Assembly: GCA_964615205.1 (NCBI GenBank)
Contig: CAZTQA010000001.1
Coordinates: forward strand, 128,510-192,509
Direction: 5' to 3'
From: an uncultured Candidatus Saccharibacteria bacterium
GTDB lineage: Bacteria; Patescibacteriota; Minisyncoccia; Minisyncoccales; JAGMDC01
Length of the DNA: 64,000 nucleotides
Positions 30,255-38,358 of the stretch are shown here, one piece after another. Position 1 is the first letter of the stretch. The number at the start of each line of letters is the position of its first letter. The position numbers and the translations under genes were made by a program. The notes under the pieces are model-generated. The model was not told the DNA's origin and did not search any database. It saw only the letters and a list, made by a program, of their open reading frames with translations.

Positions 30255-30707
30255 ATGGGAAAGAAACGTATTATCCAGAAAACTAAAGAAGAGTTGATTA
30301 AGGAAGAAGAAGCCTTAGAAGCGGCTATGAAAAAAGAAGGGAAAGTTAAATCCTCAAAAAGAATAAACGAGGGGAGAATTTATGTTTCTTCATCTTATAA
30401 TAATACTCTTATGAATTTAGCGGATTCAAAAGGTAATATGCTTGCTTGGGTAAGCGCTGGGAACATAGGATTTAAGGGCACTAAGAAAGCCACTCCCTTT
30501 GCCGCTTCCAAGGTGGCTGAAGCTTTAGTTCAAAAAGCTCAAAAAATAGGCATTCAGAAGGTCCAAGTTATAGTCAAGGGAGTAGGCAGCGGGAGAGATT
30601 CAGCCATTCGAACATTAAGCAACAGAGGATTGGATATTTTATCTATCGAAGACGTTACTCCCATTCCTCACAATGGATGCCGGGCTAAAAAACCTCGTAG
30701 AGTGTAA
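30255..30707 (+). CDS. rpsK: 30S ribosomal protein uS11 with N-terminal extension
   Basis: GRIYVSSSYNNTLMNLADSKGN...; C-terminal PIPHNGCRAKKPRRV. Confidence 0.95.
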   Translation: MGKKRIIQKTKEELIKEEEALEAAMKKEGKVKSSKRINEGRIYVSSSYNNTLMNLADSKGNMLAWVSAGNIGFKGTKKATPFAASKVAEALVQKAQKIGIQKVQVIVKGVGSGRDSAIRTLSNRGLDILSIEDVTPIPHNGCRAKKPRRV

Positions 30708-30719
30708 AACGATTAGTCT

Positions 30720-31346
30720 ATGATCAAAAATAAATGTAAAATTTGTAGACGGACAGGAACAAAGCTTTTCTTAAAAGGAGAAAGATGTTTTTCTCCTAAA
30801 TGTGCTATGGTTAGAAAAGCTTATCCGCCTGGACTTAAAGCTAAAAGACCGAAGTCTCTTTCTGAATACGGTAAAGAGTTAAAGGAAAAACAAAAACTTA
30901 AGAACTGGTATAATTTAAGTGAACAACAGTTCAGCGCTTATGTCAAAAAAGCTCTAAAGAAAAGAGGCAAAGTGGAAGATGCAGGCACTTTTTTAATAAA
31001 AGAATTAGAGAGCCGTTTAGACAATGTTATTGTTAGATTGGGTTGGGCCACTTCTCATTCTCAAGCTCGGGAAATGATTTCCCATGGCCATTTTTTAATA
31101 AATAACAGAGTGGTTGATATACCTTCTTATAAAGTAAAGAAAAAAGATAAGATAAGTATTAAGCCTTCTTCAGCTAAATTGAAATCTTTTTCCGATCTTT
31201 CGGCCAAGCTTAAAAAATATGAAGTTCCTTCTTGGTTGTCAGTAAACAAAGAGAAATTAGAAACAGAAGTAATAGAAGAACCAGTGGTAGACAAAGAAAA
31301 TCTACCAGCAGAAGTTTCAGTTATTTTTGAATATTATTCAAGGTAA
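30720..31346 (+). CDS. rpsD: 30S ribosomal protein uS4
   Basis: CKICRRTGTKLFLKGERCFSPKC zinc-finger N-terminus and an S4 domain. Confidence 0.95.
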   Translation: MIKNKCKICRRTGTKLFLKGERCFSPKCAMVRKAYPPGLKAKRPKSLSEYGKELKEKQKLKNWYNLSEQQFSAYVKKALKKRGKVEDAGTFLIKELESRLDNVIVRLGWATSHSQAREMISHGHFLINNRVVDIPSYKVKKKDKISIKPSSAKLKSFSDLSAKLKKYEVPSWLSVNKEKLETEVIEEPVVDKENLPAEVSVIFEYYSR

Positions 31347-31417
31347 AAATATAGTAACATCTAAACATGCTAACATGTTAATAAAATGTTAAAATGTTAA
31401 ATTGTTTATATGTTTAA

Positions 31418-32356
31418 ATGAATTATATGATTCCTTTACCCAAACATATCAAAGTTATTGAAAAAAAAGATAATTCGGCTCGTTTTCAAATAGAGGCTCT
31501 TTATCCTGGTTATGGAGCAACTATTGGAAACAGCATGCGCAGGATTCTGCTTTCTTCTTTGCCCGGAGCAGCTATAACCCAAGTCAAAATTAAGGGTGTT
31601 TCCCACGAGTTTTCAACTATTCCCGGAGTGTTAGAAGATGTGATTTCGGTTTTACTGAACTTAAAGCAGCTACGTTTCAAAATGCATACCCAGGAACCTC
31701 AAAGAGCTGTTCTTTCTGTTAAGGGTGAAAAAAAAGTAAAGGGTTCTGATTTTAAAGTACCCAGTCAATTAGAATTAATTAACAAAGATGTATATATTGC
31801 TAACTTGACTGGCAAAAAATCAGAATTAGAAATGGAAGTTTTAGTTGAGCATGGGTTAGGTTATGAACCGGTGGAAGAAAGAAAGAAAGAAAAATTAGAA
31901 ATTGGAGAAATTCCTTTAGATGCCATTTATACTCCGGTTAGAAAAGTTAATTTTACAGTTGAGAATGTAAGGGTTGAAGAAAAAACTGATTTTGACAAAT
32001 TAAAAATGGAAATTGAAACAGATGGAACCATAACTCCGGAAGAATCTATGTCTCAAGCTTCAGCTATTTTAATTAATCATCTTTCCTTAATTAAGCAAGC
32101 TTTTGAAACCAAGCCGGAGGTTAAAAAAATCAAAAAAGAGAAGAAAGAGGAAGAAGATTTGACAAAATTAAAAATAGAGGAATTAGGGCTTTCAGCGCGA
32201 ACCTTAAACGCCTTAGATAAAAACAACATAAAGAGCATAACTGGGATAATTAAAAAAACAGAAGACCAACTTTTAGATTTGGAAAGCATGGGAGAAGCAG
32301 GCGTAAAAGAGATCAAGAAAGTCTTAAAGAAAAATAATTTAGAATTAAAATCTTAA
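31418..32356 (+). CDS. rpoA: DNA-directed RNA polymerase subunit alpha
   Basis: FQIEALYPGYGATIGNSMRRILLSSLPGAA...; C-terminal HhH domain (LGLSARTLNAL). Alternative start at ATG 31427. Confidence 0.9.
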   Translation: MNYMIPLPKHIKVIEKKDNSARFQIEALYPGYGATIGNSMRRILLSSLPGAAITQVKIKGVSHEFSTIPGVLEDVISVLLNLKQLRFKMHTQEPQRAVLSVKGEKKVKGSDFKVPSQLELINKDVYIANLTGKKSELEMEVLVEHGLGYEPVEERKKEKLEIGEIPLDAIYTPVRKVNFTVENVRVEEKTDFDKLKMEIETDGTITPEESMSQASAILINHLSLIKQAFETKPEVKKIKKEKKEEEDLTKLKIEELGLSARTLNALDKNNIKSITGIIKKTEDQLLDLESMGEAGVKEIKKVLKKNNLELKS

Positions 32357-32362
32357 TTTATT

Positions 32363-32713
32363 ATGCGTAAACTTAAAAAAGGAAGAAAATTCCAAAGAAC
32401 CTCTGCTCAACGCAAAGCTTTGCTAATCAGCTTAGCAAGTTCTTTGATTCTAAATGGAAAAATTAAAACCACAGAGATAAAAGCCAAGGAACTTTCTTCC
32501 TTTATTGAGAAAAAGATCACTCAAGCTAAAAAGAACGATTTAGGTGCCAGGAGATTATTAGCAAAATATTTTTCTCCTCGGGTAGTTAAAAAAATAATAG
32601 AAGAGGTTGCTCCAAATTACAAAGAAAGAAAAGGGGGATATACGCGAATAATTAAATTAGGACCCAGAGAGAGAAACGGAGCCAAAATGGTTATTATTGA
32701 ATTAGTTAAATAA
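32363..32713 (+). CDS. rplQ: 50S ribosomal protein bL17
   Basis: Follows rpoA; ...GGYTRIIKLGPRERNGAKMVIIELV. Confidence 0.95.
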   Translation: MRKLKKGRKFQRTSAQRKALLISLASSLILNGKIKTTEIKAKELSSFIEKKITQAKKNDLGARRLLAKYFSPRVVKKIIEEVAPNYKERKGGYTRIIKLGPRERNGAKMVIIELVK

Positions 32714-32714
32714 T

Positions 32715-33065
32715 ATGAAAAGAGAAACCCATACTATTGATGCTAAAAATAGAATATTAGGAAGATTAGCTACAGAAATAGCTGTTCTTTTGAGGGGGAA
32801 GAATAAAACCGAATTTAGTCCCAATAAGGATACAGGAGCGTTTGTTATTATTAAGAATATTGGTAAGATTAAGCTAACCGGTAAAAAAATTGAGCAAAAA
32901 GTCTATTATCAGCATAGTGGTTATCTAGGTGGACTAAAAGAAACACCCTTGAAAAAACTTTTAAAAGAAAATCCAGAACAGGTCTTAAAGAATGCTGTCT
33001 GGGGCATGCTTCCTAAAAACAGATTAAGGAGTGAGATGATTAAACGTTTAAAGTTTGAAAAATAA
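32715..33065 (+). CDS. rplM: 50S ribosomal protein uL13 (short, 116 aa)
   Basis: HTIDAKNRILGRLATEIAVLLRGK... typical uL13. Confidence 0.9.
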   Translation: MKRETHTIDAKNRILGRLATEIAVLLRGKNKTEFSPNKDTGAFVIIKNIGKIKLTGKKIEQKVYYQHSGYLGGLKETPLKKLLKENPEQVLKNAVWGMLPKNRLRSEMIKRLKFEK

Positions 33066-33068
33066 TTT

Positions 33069-33485
33069 ATGGAAAAGAAAACAAATCCTAAAAAAGATTC
33101 ATATATTGAAACAGTGGGAAGAAGGAAAACATCGGTGGCTCGTGTGCGGATTTGGACTAAGGGCGATAGGGAATTCAAGGTGAACGGAAAGACGGTTGAG
33201 GATTATTTTCCTGACACAGAAACAAGGAAGATTGCTACTGATAGTTTATTAAAAATGAAGAGCGAGGATAAATTTCGCATTCAGGCCTTGGTTAAGGGCG
33301 GCGGCTTTCATTCCCAAGCTGAAGCTGTTCGTCACGGAGTAGCCAGGGGTTTGGTTGAATTTAACCCTGATTTCAGAAAGCGTTTGAAAAAAGTTGGTTT
33401 TTTAACCAGAGACTCAAGAATGAGGGAGAGAAAGAAGTTCGGCCTCAAAAGAGCCCGTCGCGCTCCACAATGGAGAAAAAGGTAA
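33069..33485 (+). CDS. rpsI: 30S ribosomal protein uS9
   Basis: GRRKTSVARVRIW...; C-terminal RRAPQWRKR. Confidence 0.95.
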   Translation: MEKKTNPKKDSYIETVGRRKTSVARVRIWTKGDREFKVNGKTVEDYFPDTETRKIATDSLLKMKSEDKFRIQALVKGGGFHSQAEAVRHGVARGLVEFNPDFRKRLKKVGFLTRDSRMRERKKFGLKRARRAPQWRKR

Positions 33486-33486
33486 T

Positions 33487-34161
33487 ATGCTTACGGAACG
33501 CATAGACCAATTTTATTTAGATCAGCAAAAGCACAGAGAACAGAACCACTTCTATATTACCGATGTTGGCAAATGCCCTCGGGCGGTTTTTTTTAAGTTC
33601 AAAAATGTTCCCCGGGAAAAAATGGATGCTCGCATTTTAAGGATTTTTGAAAGAGGAGAATCAATGCATATGAATATTATCAATACCCTTATTAGAATGG
33701 GATTGGTGGTAGCAGCTGAAATAAATATACCCAGTCAGGAAATAATTTCTGGAAGAGCAGATGCCATTATTTCCTTAGATGGAGAACTTTATGTTTTAGA
33801 TATTAAAAGTATTAATAGTATGATTTTCAGAACATTAGAAGAGTCCAAACCGGAAAATTTCCAGCAGGTTCAACTTTATCTTCATTTTTTTAATATTAAA
33901 AAAGGCGTCCTTCTTTATGTTGATAAGGATCAGCAGAATATGAAAGAATTTGTCTTTGATTATGACAAACAATTAAGCGATTCGCTTTTAGAAGATTTTA
34001 AAAAATTAAAAGTTAAGATTGATAAGGATACTATTCCGCAACGGTTGGCTGACTGGCCCCAAAATTGGCAGTGTCAGTATTGTCAGTTCAAAGATATTTG
34101 CTCAACAGCTGGTGGAGAAGAAGTTAATTGGGAGGAATTTAAAAAGAAGATAGATAAGTAA
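33487..34161 (+). CDS. Cas4-like PD-(D/E)xK nuclease with 4-Cys (Fe-S) signature, stand-alone
   Basis: N-terminal Cys (GKCPRAV), nuclease motifs D...LDIK and QQVQLY, C-terminal CQYCQFKDIC (Cx2Cx5C). Confidence 0.7.
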   Translation: MLTERIDQFYLDQQKHREQNHFYITDVGKCPRAVFFKFKNVPREKMDARILRIFERGESMHMNIINTLIRMGLVVAAEINIPSQEIISGRADAIISLDGELYVLDIKSINSMIFRTLEESKPENFQQVQLYLHFFNIKKGVLLYVDKDQQNMKEFVFDYDKQLSDSLLEDFKKLKVKIDKDTIPQRLADWPQNWQCQYCQFKDICSTAGGEEVNWEEFKKKIDK

Positions 34162-35428
34162 ATTTTAATTCTTTTTGAGAATCAACGCAATAAATTATTT
34201 TGTTATTGCTGTTCCAATAAAATTTTTCTGCAGTTAGCGATAAATCATAACCGTTAATCCTGTCCCGGTCATCTATTTCGATGACTTTTATTTTATCTCC
34301 TAAGATAAAGACAAGATACTCTGAATTCAGCCAGGCAACGTCTTTAATTTCATCTGAAAAACGATTAATAAATTGTCTGCTCATAGCTTCTTTATAGAGT
34401 TGACCGGTTTGTTCTTCCAAAAATAGAATCCAGATTTCGTGTTTATTGAAATAAAGCATTTTTTTATTATCAGGAGAAAACTCGATTTCTTGGACTGAAT
34501 CAGAAAATTTTTCAAATTCTTTTTTTTCAGAATCAAATAAATACAAACAGGTATCTTCAAAAAGAAAAATGAAATTGTTCTTTATTGTTAATTTGTAAAA
34601 AGTTTCATTTTTTATTTCAAAGGCCGTCTGGCTCAATTTTTCTTCTCTTTCAAAAGAAAGATTATTTTTGAATAGATTTCCTGATTTGTCTAAGTAATAA
34701 GCATCGTTTCCCACAATTTCATAAACAAACACTTTTTCAGATTCTATTTCCTCGGGCAGGAAATTAATCTCTGTTACTACTGGAGGATTCTGCCCTAAAT
34801 CTACAGAATAATATTGAATTTGCTCTTTTAACCCTAAGCTTAGATAAATTTCTTCCTTATCTGAAGAAATCTTTAAATCCAAAAGCTGTGAATTCTTTTT
34901 GGAGATTTCATCTTGATCTATAAGATGGATTTTTAAATTTCTATCAGTATTGATAATCTTTAAACCCCATTTTTCTCCCGAAATTTCTTTTACTAAAATT
35001 TTATTTTCAGATAAAATCCAAAATTCTTCTACAGATTGGCTTAGTTGCTGAACGTCTAAGTTTTCGGGAATTAAAACAATATATTTGGCTTCTGTAACCT
35101 GTTTTTCCTTTACTTCCAAATTCTTTTCCCAGGCATAATATCCTTCTTTTTCTACGCGGATATTGTATTTTTTAGGAATCAGATTATTAACCACGGCAGT
35201 AGTAAAAAAAATGCCGGTTTTCTTCTTTAATTTTCCGTCTAAAAAAATACTTACATTATTAGGAGAAGCGCCAATAGCTATTCCTCCGGTTTGGATCAAT
35301 TTTATTTTTTTCTCTTGCCAGTTGAAGTCAAAACGATATCCTTGAGAGTAAAGGATTAAAACAGGGGCAGTTAAAATAAAAAAAAGAAGGAAAAGCAATA
35401 TTATAGTTTTTCTCAATCTATTAGTCAT
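34139..35428 (-). CDS. N-terminally anchored PEGA-domain protein with beta-propeller-like C-terminal region
   Basis: TM helix (IILLFLLFFILTAPVLIL); PEGA-like segment (VSIFLDGKLKKKTG...YNIRVEKEGYYAWEK). Confidence 0.55.
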   Translation of the reverse strand: MTNRLRKTIILLFLLFFILTAPVLILYSQGYRFDFNWQEKKIKLIQTGGIAIGASPNNVSIFLDGKLKKKTGIFFTTAVVNNLIPKKYNIRVEKEGYYAWEKNLEVKEKQVTEAKYIVLIPENLDVQQLSQSVEEFWILSENKILVKEISGEKWGLKIINTDRNLKIHLIDQDEISKKNSQLLDLKISSDKEEIYLSLGLKEQIQYYSVDLGQNPPVVTEINFLPEEIESEKVFVYEIVGNDAYYLDKSGNLFKNNLSFEREEKLSQTAFEIKNETFYKLTIKNNFIFLFEDTCLYLFDSEKKEFEKFSDSVQEIEFSPDNKKMLYFNKHEIWILFLEEQTGQLYKEAMSRQFINRFSDEIKDVAWLNSEYLVFILGDKIKVIEIDDRDRINGYDLSLTAEKFYWNSNNKIIYCVDSQKELKFTYLSSF

Positions 35429-35447
35429 ATTTCATTTTAACTCTTTA

Positions 35448-35476
35448 TTGACAAAAATCAAACTCTTTGCTACCCT
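35448..35476 (+). promoter_or_regulatory. putative promoter of cassette A (TTGACA-17-TACCCT)
   Basis: TTGACA at 35448-35453; TACCCT at 35471-35476. SD GGGAGGA at 35485-35491 lies 6 nt before ATG 35498. Confidence 0.5.
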
Positions 35477-35497
35477 ATAAATCAGGGAGGATATGAA

Positions 35498-35707
35498 ATG
35501 GCTATGGAAGTAGGCATTCTCGGAGATTATCTGCGAGATATAAAAGTAGATGTTGCAGAGCACGGTGGATCAAAACAAGTAACAGCGCTTATACAATTTG
35601 AGGGTGACAGAGAAGAAAAGGTTGATTTTACAATCAACCCCCCCGCTTTGTTTGGACATTTTTCATGTGGAAACAATGGGCGAGACATGGACATGCAATT
35701 CTCTTGA
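35498..35707 (+). CDS. hypothetical 69-aa protein (island cassette A)
   Basis: ORF with a strong SD, visibly higher G+C than its neighbours, and an internal C7 run at 35638-35644; no recognisable family. Confidence 0.55.
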   Translation: MAMEVGILGDYLRDIKVDVAEHGGSKQVTALIQFEGDREEKVDFTINPPALFGHFSCGNNGRDMDMQFS

Positions 35708-35756
35708 ATGCGTAAAAAGGTTTCTTTCCAGAAAAGGAGCCAAATAAATCATTCAT

Positions 35757-35793
35757 GCTGGGGTTTGAAATTCATTCTTCTGCTTATTTTTTT
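35757..35793 (+). terminator. terminator-like hairpin T1 (related to T2/T3)
   Basis: gctgggg-13 nt-cttctgc followed by ttattttttt. The stem is imperfect. Confidence 0.5.
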
Positions 35794-35829
35794 CAATTTT
35801 TATCTAATTTTATCTAAAACAATAAACTA

Positions 35830-35857
35830 AAGTAATCTCACGATCGTGAGATTACTT
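35830..35857. repeat. perfect 28-nt palindrome AAGTAATCTCACGA|TCGTGAGATTACTT
   Basis: 14-nt arms with no spacer, centred on CGATCG, followed by atttttac. A tandem ttttatctaa x2 lies at 35798-35817 just upstream. Confidence 0.9.
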
Positions 35858-35868
35858 ATTTTTACAAT

Positions 35869-35897
35869 TTTACAAAGCAATTAAAAGAAGCTAATAT
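35869..35897 (+). promoter_or_regulatory. putative promoter of cassette B (TTTACA-17-gcTAATAT)
   Basis: Hexamers at 35869-35874 and 35892-35897; a 37-nt leader contains AGGAG (35915-35919). Confidence 0.45.
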
Positions 35898-35934
35898 ATC
35901 ATCAGAAGAAAGTTAGGAGATGAGATAGAAAGAA

Positions 35935-36648
35935 ATGAGAATTAAAGATTTTGAGGAAAGAATAGAGGAAATTGGTGCTCTTTATGCGAAAGCAGTTGAC
36001 GAGGAAGAGTATACAACGGTTATGGAGAATTCCCTGTTATTAAGGGAAGAAATGGAAAAAGCAGGTTGCATTCTAGAAGAGATTGCAGAGGCTGTGTTCA
36101 GTGGATTTTTTGCAAGGTATTACTGGATAAGAAAGTTCTTCATAAACGAAGAGGTTACCGAGGGACTCAAGGAAGAGGTAAAGAAGTTCTATGAGCGGAT
36201 AACTGATCCGTTGCTGAAAGTAAGGTACGGCTATCTACTTGCGATTATCGTAGGCGAACTTGAAGAAGATTTTGACGAGGCTAAGAGATTAAATAAGGAA
36301 ATTCGTCAAATCGCGGAGAGTACAGGCAACATATCGGAAATATTAAGAGAGATAAATTCTCGAGGATTGCAAGCAGCGAAAGAAGGTAACCATATACTCG
36401 CAATAAAGATTTTCAGCGAGATAGAAGCATTTACTAATATTCCAGAAAAAGCCTTCAGGCATGCTGGAAATATTCTTAATAATAGAGGAGCTTCAAAGAT
36501 CCGGGGAGACATAAGCCCAATCGATGGTGCTGTAGATCTTATTGCTGCAGTTGCTGATTATTATTTACGAGAGGAAGAACCATCGCTGAAACACCTTGAT
36601 GGGATACGGAATAGATTAAGGGAGGCACAAGAAAAAATAAAGCAATAA
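35935..36648 (+). CDS. hypothetical 237-aa all-helical (TPR-like?) protein (island cassette B)
   Basis: Long ORF rich in E/K/R/L with helical-repeat character; G+C visibly above its neighbours; no recognisable family. Confidence 0.65.
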   Translation: MRIKDFEERIEEIGALYAKAVDEEEYTTVMENSLLLREEMEKAGCILEEIAEAVFSGFFARYYWIRKFFINEEVTEGLKEEVKKFYERITDPLLKVRYGYLLAIIVGELEEDFDEAKRLNKEIRQIAESTGNISEILREINSRGLQAAKEGNHILAIKIFSEIEAFTNIPEKAFRHAGNILNNRGASKIRGDISPIDGAVDLIAAVADYYLREEEPSLKHLDGIRNRLREAQEKIKQ

Positions 36649-36655
36649 AGCTTAT

Positions 36656-36693
36656 GCAGAGGTTTGCATTTATAATCTCTGCTTATTTTTTTT
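36656..36693 (+). terminator. intrinsic terminator T2
   Basis: GCAGAG-15 nt-CTCTGC followed by ttatttttttt, 8 nt after the stop of cassette B. Confidence 0.75.
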
Positions 36694-36736
36694 GTGAACA
36701 TTAGTACTTTTTAAGAGTTTGTTGTAAAATAGGTTT

Positions 36737-37468
36737 ATGCAGTTTAAAATTTTTAGAAAGTATAACTTAATACAGGGAATTTCTGACAGTTCTTTTGGTT
36801 CGATTAGAACCAGTAAGCAGGCAATAAAATTTTTAAAATCTTTAGGTTATAGAAATATTAAACCAAAGAACTTGATTTGGGCCGAGCATATTTTTAGTTC
36901 AAATGTTCATATATGTCGCACAAAAGATTCAGGAGAAACGATAAAAAATGTAGATGGTTTAATTTCTAATGTCCCCGGACAGATTCTGATTTCTTTTTCT
37001 GCTGATTGTGCTCCAATTTTATTGTGCGATCCAAAACAAAAAGTAATAGCTGCTTTGCATGGGGGAAGAAAATGTTTAACTAAAGGAATCATAAAAAACA
37101 CCATTAAAAAGATGATTAAAAATTTTAATACAAATCCAAAAGATGTTTTAGTGGGAATTGGACCGCACATAAGGGTTTGTCATTATTGGTTAAAAGAAAA
37201 AGCTTATAAGAATTTGAAGAATACCAAGTTTAAAAAATATTTTAAAAAGAAAAATAATAAAATATTTTTTGATTTGACTAAATTAGCAATGGAAGATCTT
37301 TTGAAGGCAGGCGTAAAAAGAAAAAACATTGAAGACTGTAAAATTTGTACTTTTTGTGAATATAGAAGATATTTTTCAGCCAGAAAACAAGAAGAATTTC
37401 CTAAAATCTATAAGCAAAAAAATCCCAGATTTGTTACAGTTATTGGCTTAAGGCTTGATAATTTATAA
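36737..37468 (+). CDS. pgeF: peptidoglycan editing factor PgeF / YfiH (DUF152 laccase-domain) family
   Basis: SADCAPILLCD, AALHGGRKCL and C-terminal CTFCEYRRYFSARK motifs. The composition is host-like (AT-rich, no SD). Confidence 0.75.
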   Translation: MQFKIFRKYNLIQGISDSSFGSIRTSKQAIKFLKSLGYRNIKPKNLIWAEHIFSSNVHICRTKDSGETIKNVDGLISNVPGQILISFSADCAPILLCDPKQKVIAALHGGRKCLTKGIIKNTIKKMIKNFNTNPKDVLVGIGPHIRVCHYWLKEKAYKNLKNTKFKKYFKKKNNKIFFDLTKLAMEDLLKAGVKRKNIEDCKICTFCEYRRYFSARKQEEFPKIYKQKNPRFVTVIGLRLDNL

Positions 37469-37482
37469 TATTGTGGTAATAA
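37455..37482 (+). promoter_or_regulatory. putative promoter of cassette D (TTGATA-16-TGgTAATAA)
   Basis: The -35 lies inside the pgeF 3' end. An extended -10 lies at 37474-37482; GAGG is at 37490-37493, 9 nt before ATG 37503. Confidence 0.45.
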
Positions 37483-37502
37483 AAATATAGAGGAAATACA
37501 AA

Positions 37503-37706
37503 ATGGTAAAAATAGATGAAAGGATAGATTGTCCAGCGTGCAAGAAAGATAAGGCGGTATTAAGCACAGCAATACGTAGTCCTGATGAAGATGGACCTGT
37601 TGATCCAGAAGGAGGTCCAAACGACTTTATGCAAGAGATGCTTCACTTGATGTATTTTTGTAGATCTTGCAAGAAGATAACCATTGTTACTATACATGGG
37701 CTATAA
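37503..37706 (+). CDS. hypothetical 67-aa zinc-ribbon protein (island cassette D)
   Basis: CPACKK ... CRSCKK cysteine pairs with an acidic P/D/E-rich linker; SD-like AGAGGAAA upstream. Confidence 0.55.
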   Translation: MVKIDERIDCPACKKDKAVLSTAIRSPDEDGPVDPEGGPNDFMQEMLHLMYFCRSCKKITIVTIHGL

Positions 37707-37716
37707 AGAATTTTAT

Positions 37717-37751
37717 GCAGGGGGTTTACATCTGTAATCTCTGCCTTTTTT
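37717..37751 (+). terminator. intrinsic terminator T3 (sequence-related to T2)
   Basis: GCAGGG-16 nt-CTCTGC (one G-U pair) followed by cttttttatt. Confidence 0.7.
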
Positions 37752-37794
37752 ATTTAGATTTTCTTAAGATCGGGTCTTAGAGAGTGTCTAAAAT

Positions 37795-37823
37795 TTGACA
37801 TAAAGATAAAAAGATATTATAAT
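37795..37823 (+). promoter_or_regulatory. consensus sigma-70-type promoter of cassette E (TTGACA-17-TATAAT)
   Basis: Both hexamers are perfect with a 17-nt spacer. GAGGTGAT (37828-37835) lies 7 nt before ATG 37843. Confidence 0.7.
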
Positions 37824-37842
37824 TATTGAGGTGATGTAAAAG

Positions 37843-38241
37843 ATGGCTTTTGGTAAAGAAAAGGCGAGTTACGAAGATACAGCAACCGATCTAGAGATTC
37901 AAAAAGCAAGAAGGCAAATTAAGGAGGAGACAGGGATAAGCGTTTCCATACAAAAGGGAGCCTACAAAGGAATAATTCCCATAGCCGAAGTCTATGATCC
38001 GAAGAAAAAAATTGATGTCGAGGAATTGACAAGGATATTAGAACACGAATTTCTTGGAGTGAGAATTAGTGTGAGACGCGATAAGCATGACGTTATCTGT
38101 GAGGCAGTAATAAGGGCGGATACATGTGGAGAATTCGTGTTATTAGCCCGTGATTTTTCTGCCGGTAAAGTAGCAGTGAAACAAGAATTCTCACGACTGG
38201 TAAAGGGAAAGATTCCCTTTCCGGTCATAATACCCAAATGA
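37843..38241 (+). CDS. hypothetical 132-aa protein (island cassette E; paralog of F)
   Basis: Aligns by eye with F: TGISVSI/TGVKVNI, YKG, EELTRILEHEFL/EEIVGITKKEFL, VICEAV/IICAVE, QEFSRLVKGK/AEFLRLCGKK. Confidence 0.65.
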   Translation: MAFGKEKASYEDTATDLEIQKARRQIKEETGISVSIQKGAYKGIIPIAEVYDPKKKIDVEELTRILEHEFLGVRISVRRDKHDVICEAVIRADTCGEFVLLARDFSAGKVAVKQEFSRLVKGKIPFPVIIPK

Positions 38242-38247
38242 TATTTT

Positions 38248-38283
38248 GCTTGGTGCCAAGGGTACTCAAGCTCCTTTTTTTTA
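38248..38283 (+). terminator. terminator T4
   Basis: GCTTG-14 nt-CAAGC (with inner CTTGG/CCAAG) followed by tccttttttttatt. Confidence 0.6.
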
Positions 38284-38284
38284 T

Positions 38285-38313
38285 TTGATAGGATTAGAGA
38301 TTTATGCTATATA
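38285..38313 (+). promoter_or_regulatory. putative promoter of cassette F (TTGATA-17-gcTATATA)
   Basis: Hexamers at 38285-38290 and 38308-38313. Confidence 0.5.
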
Positions 38314-38358
38314 TAATTAGTGTCACAATACAACAAAGATTAGGAAGTGAGGAAAGAG

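Noticed and set aside
35708-35830. 40-codon ORF abutting the stop of cassette A (TGAATG), encoding a basic-then-hydrophobic peptide MRKKVSFQKRSQINHSCWGLKFILLLIFFNFYLILSKTIN. It resembles a small membrane toxin.
   Set aside because: Its hydrophobic half is produced by reading through terminator T1 and its T-run plus AT-rich repeats. No independent evidence exists. It is worth a look only if Ribo-seq data become available.
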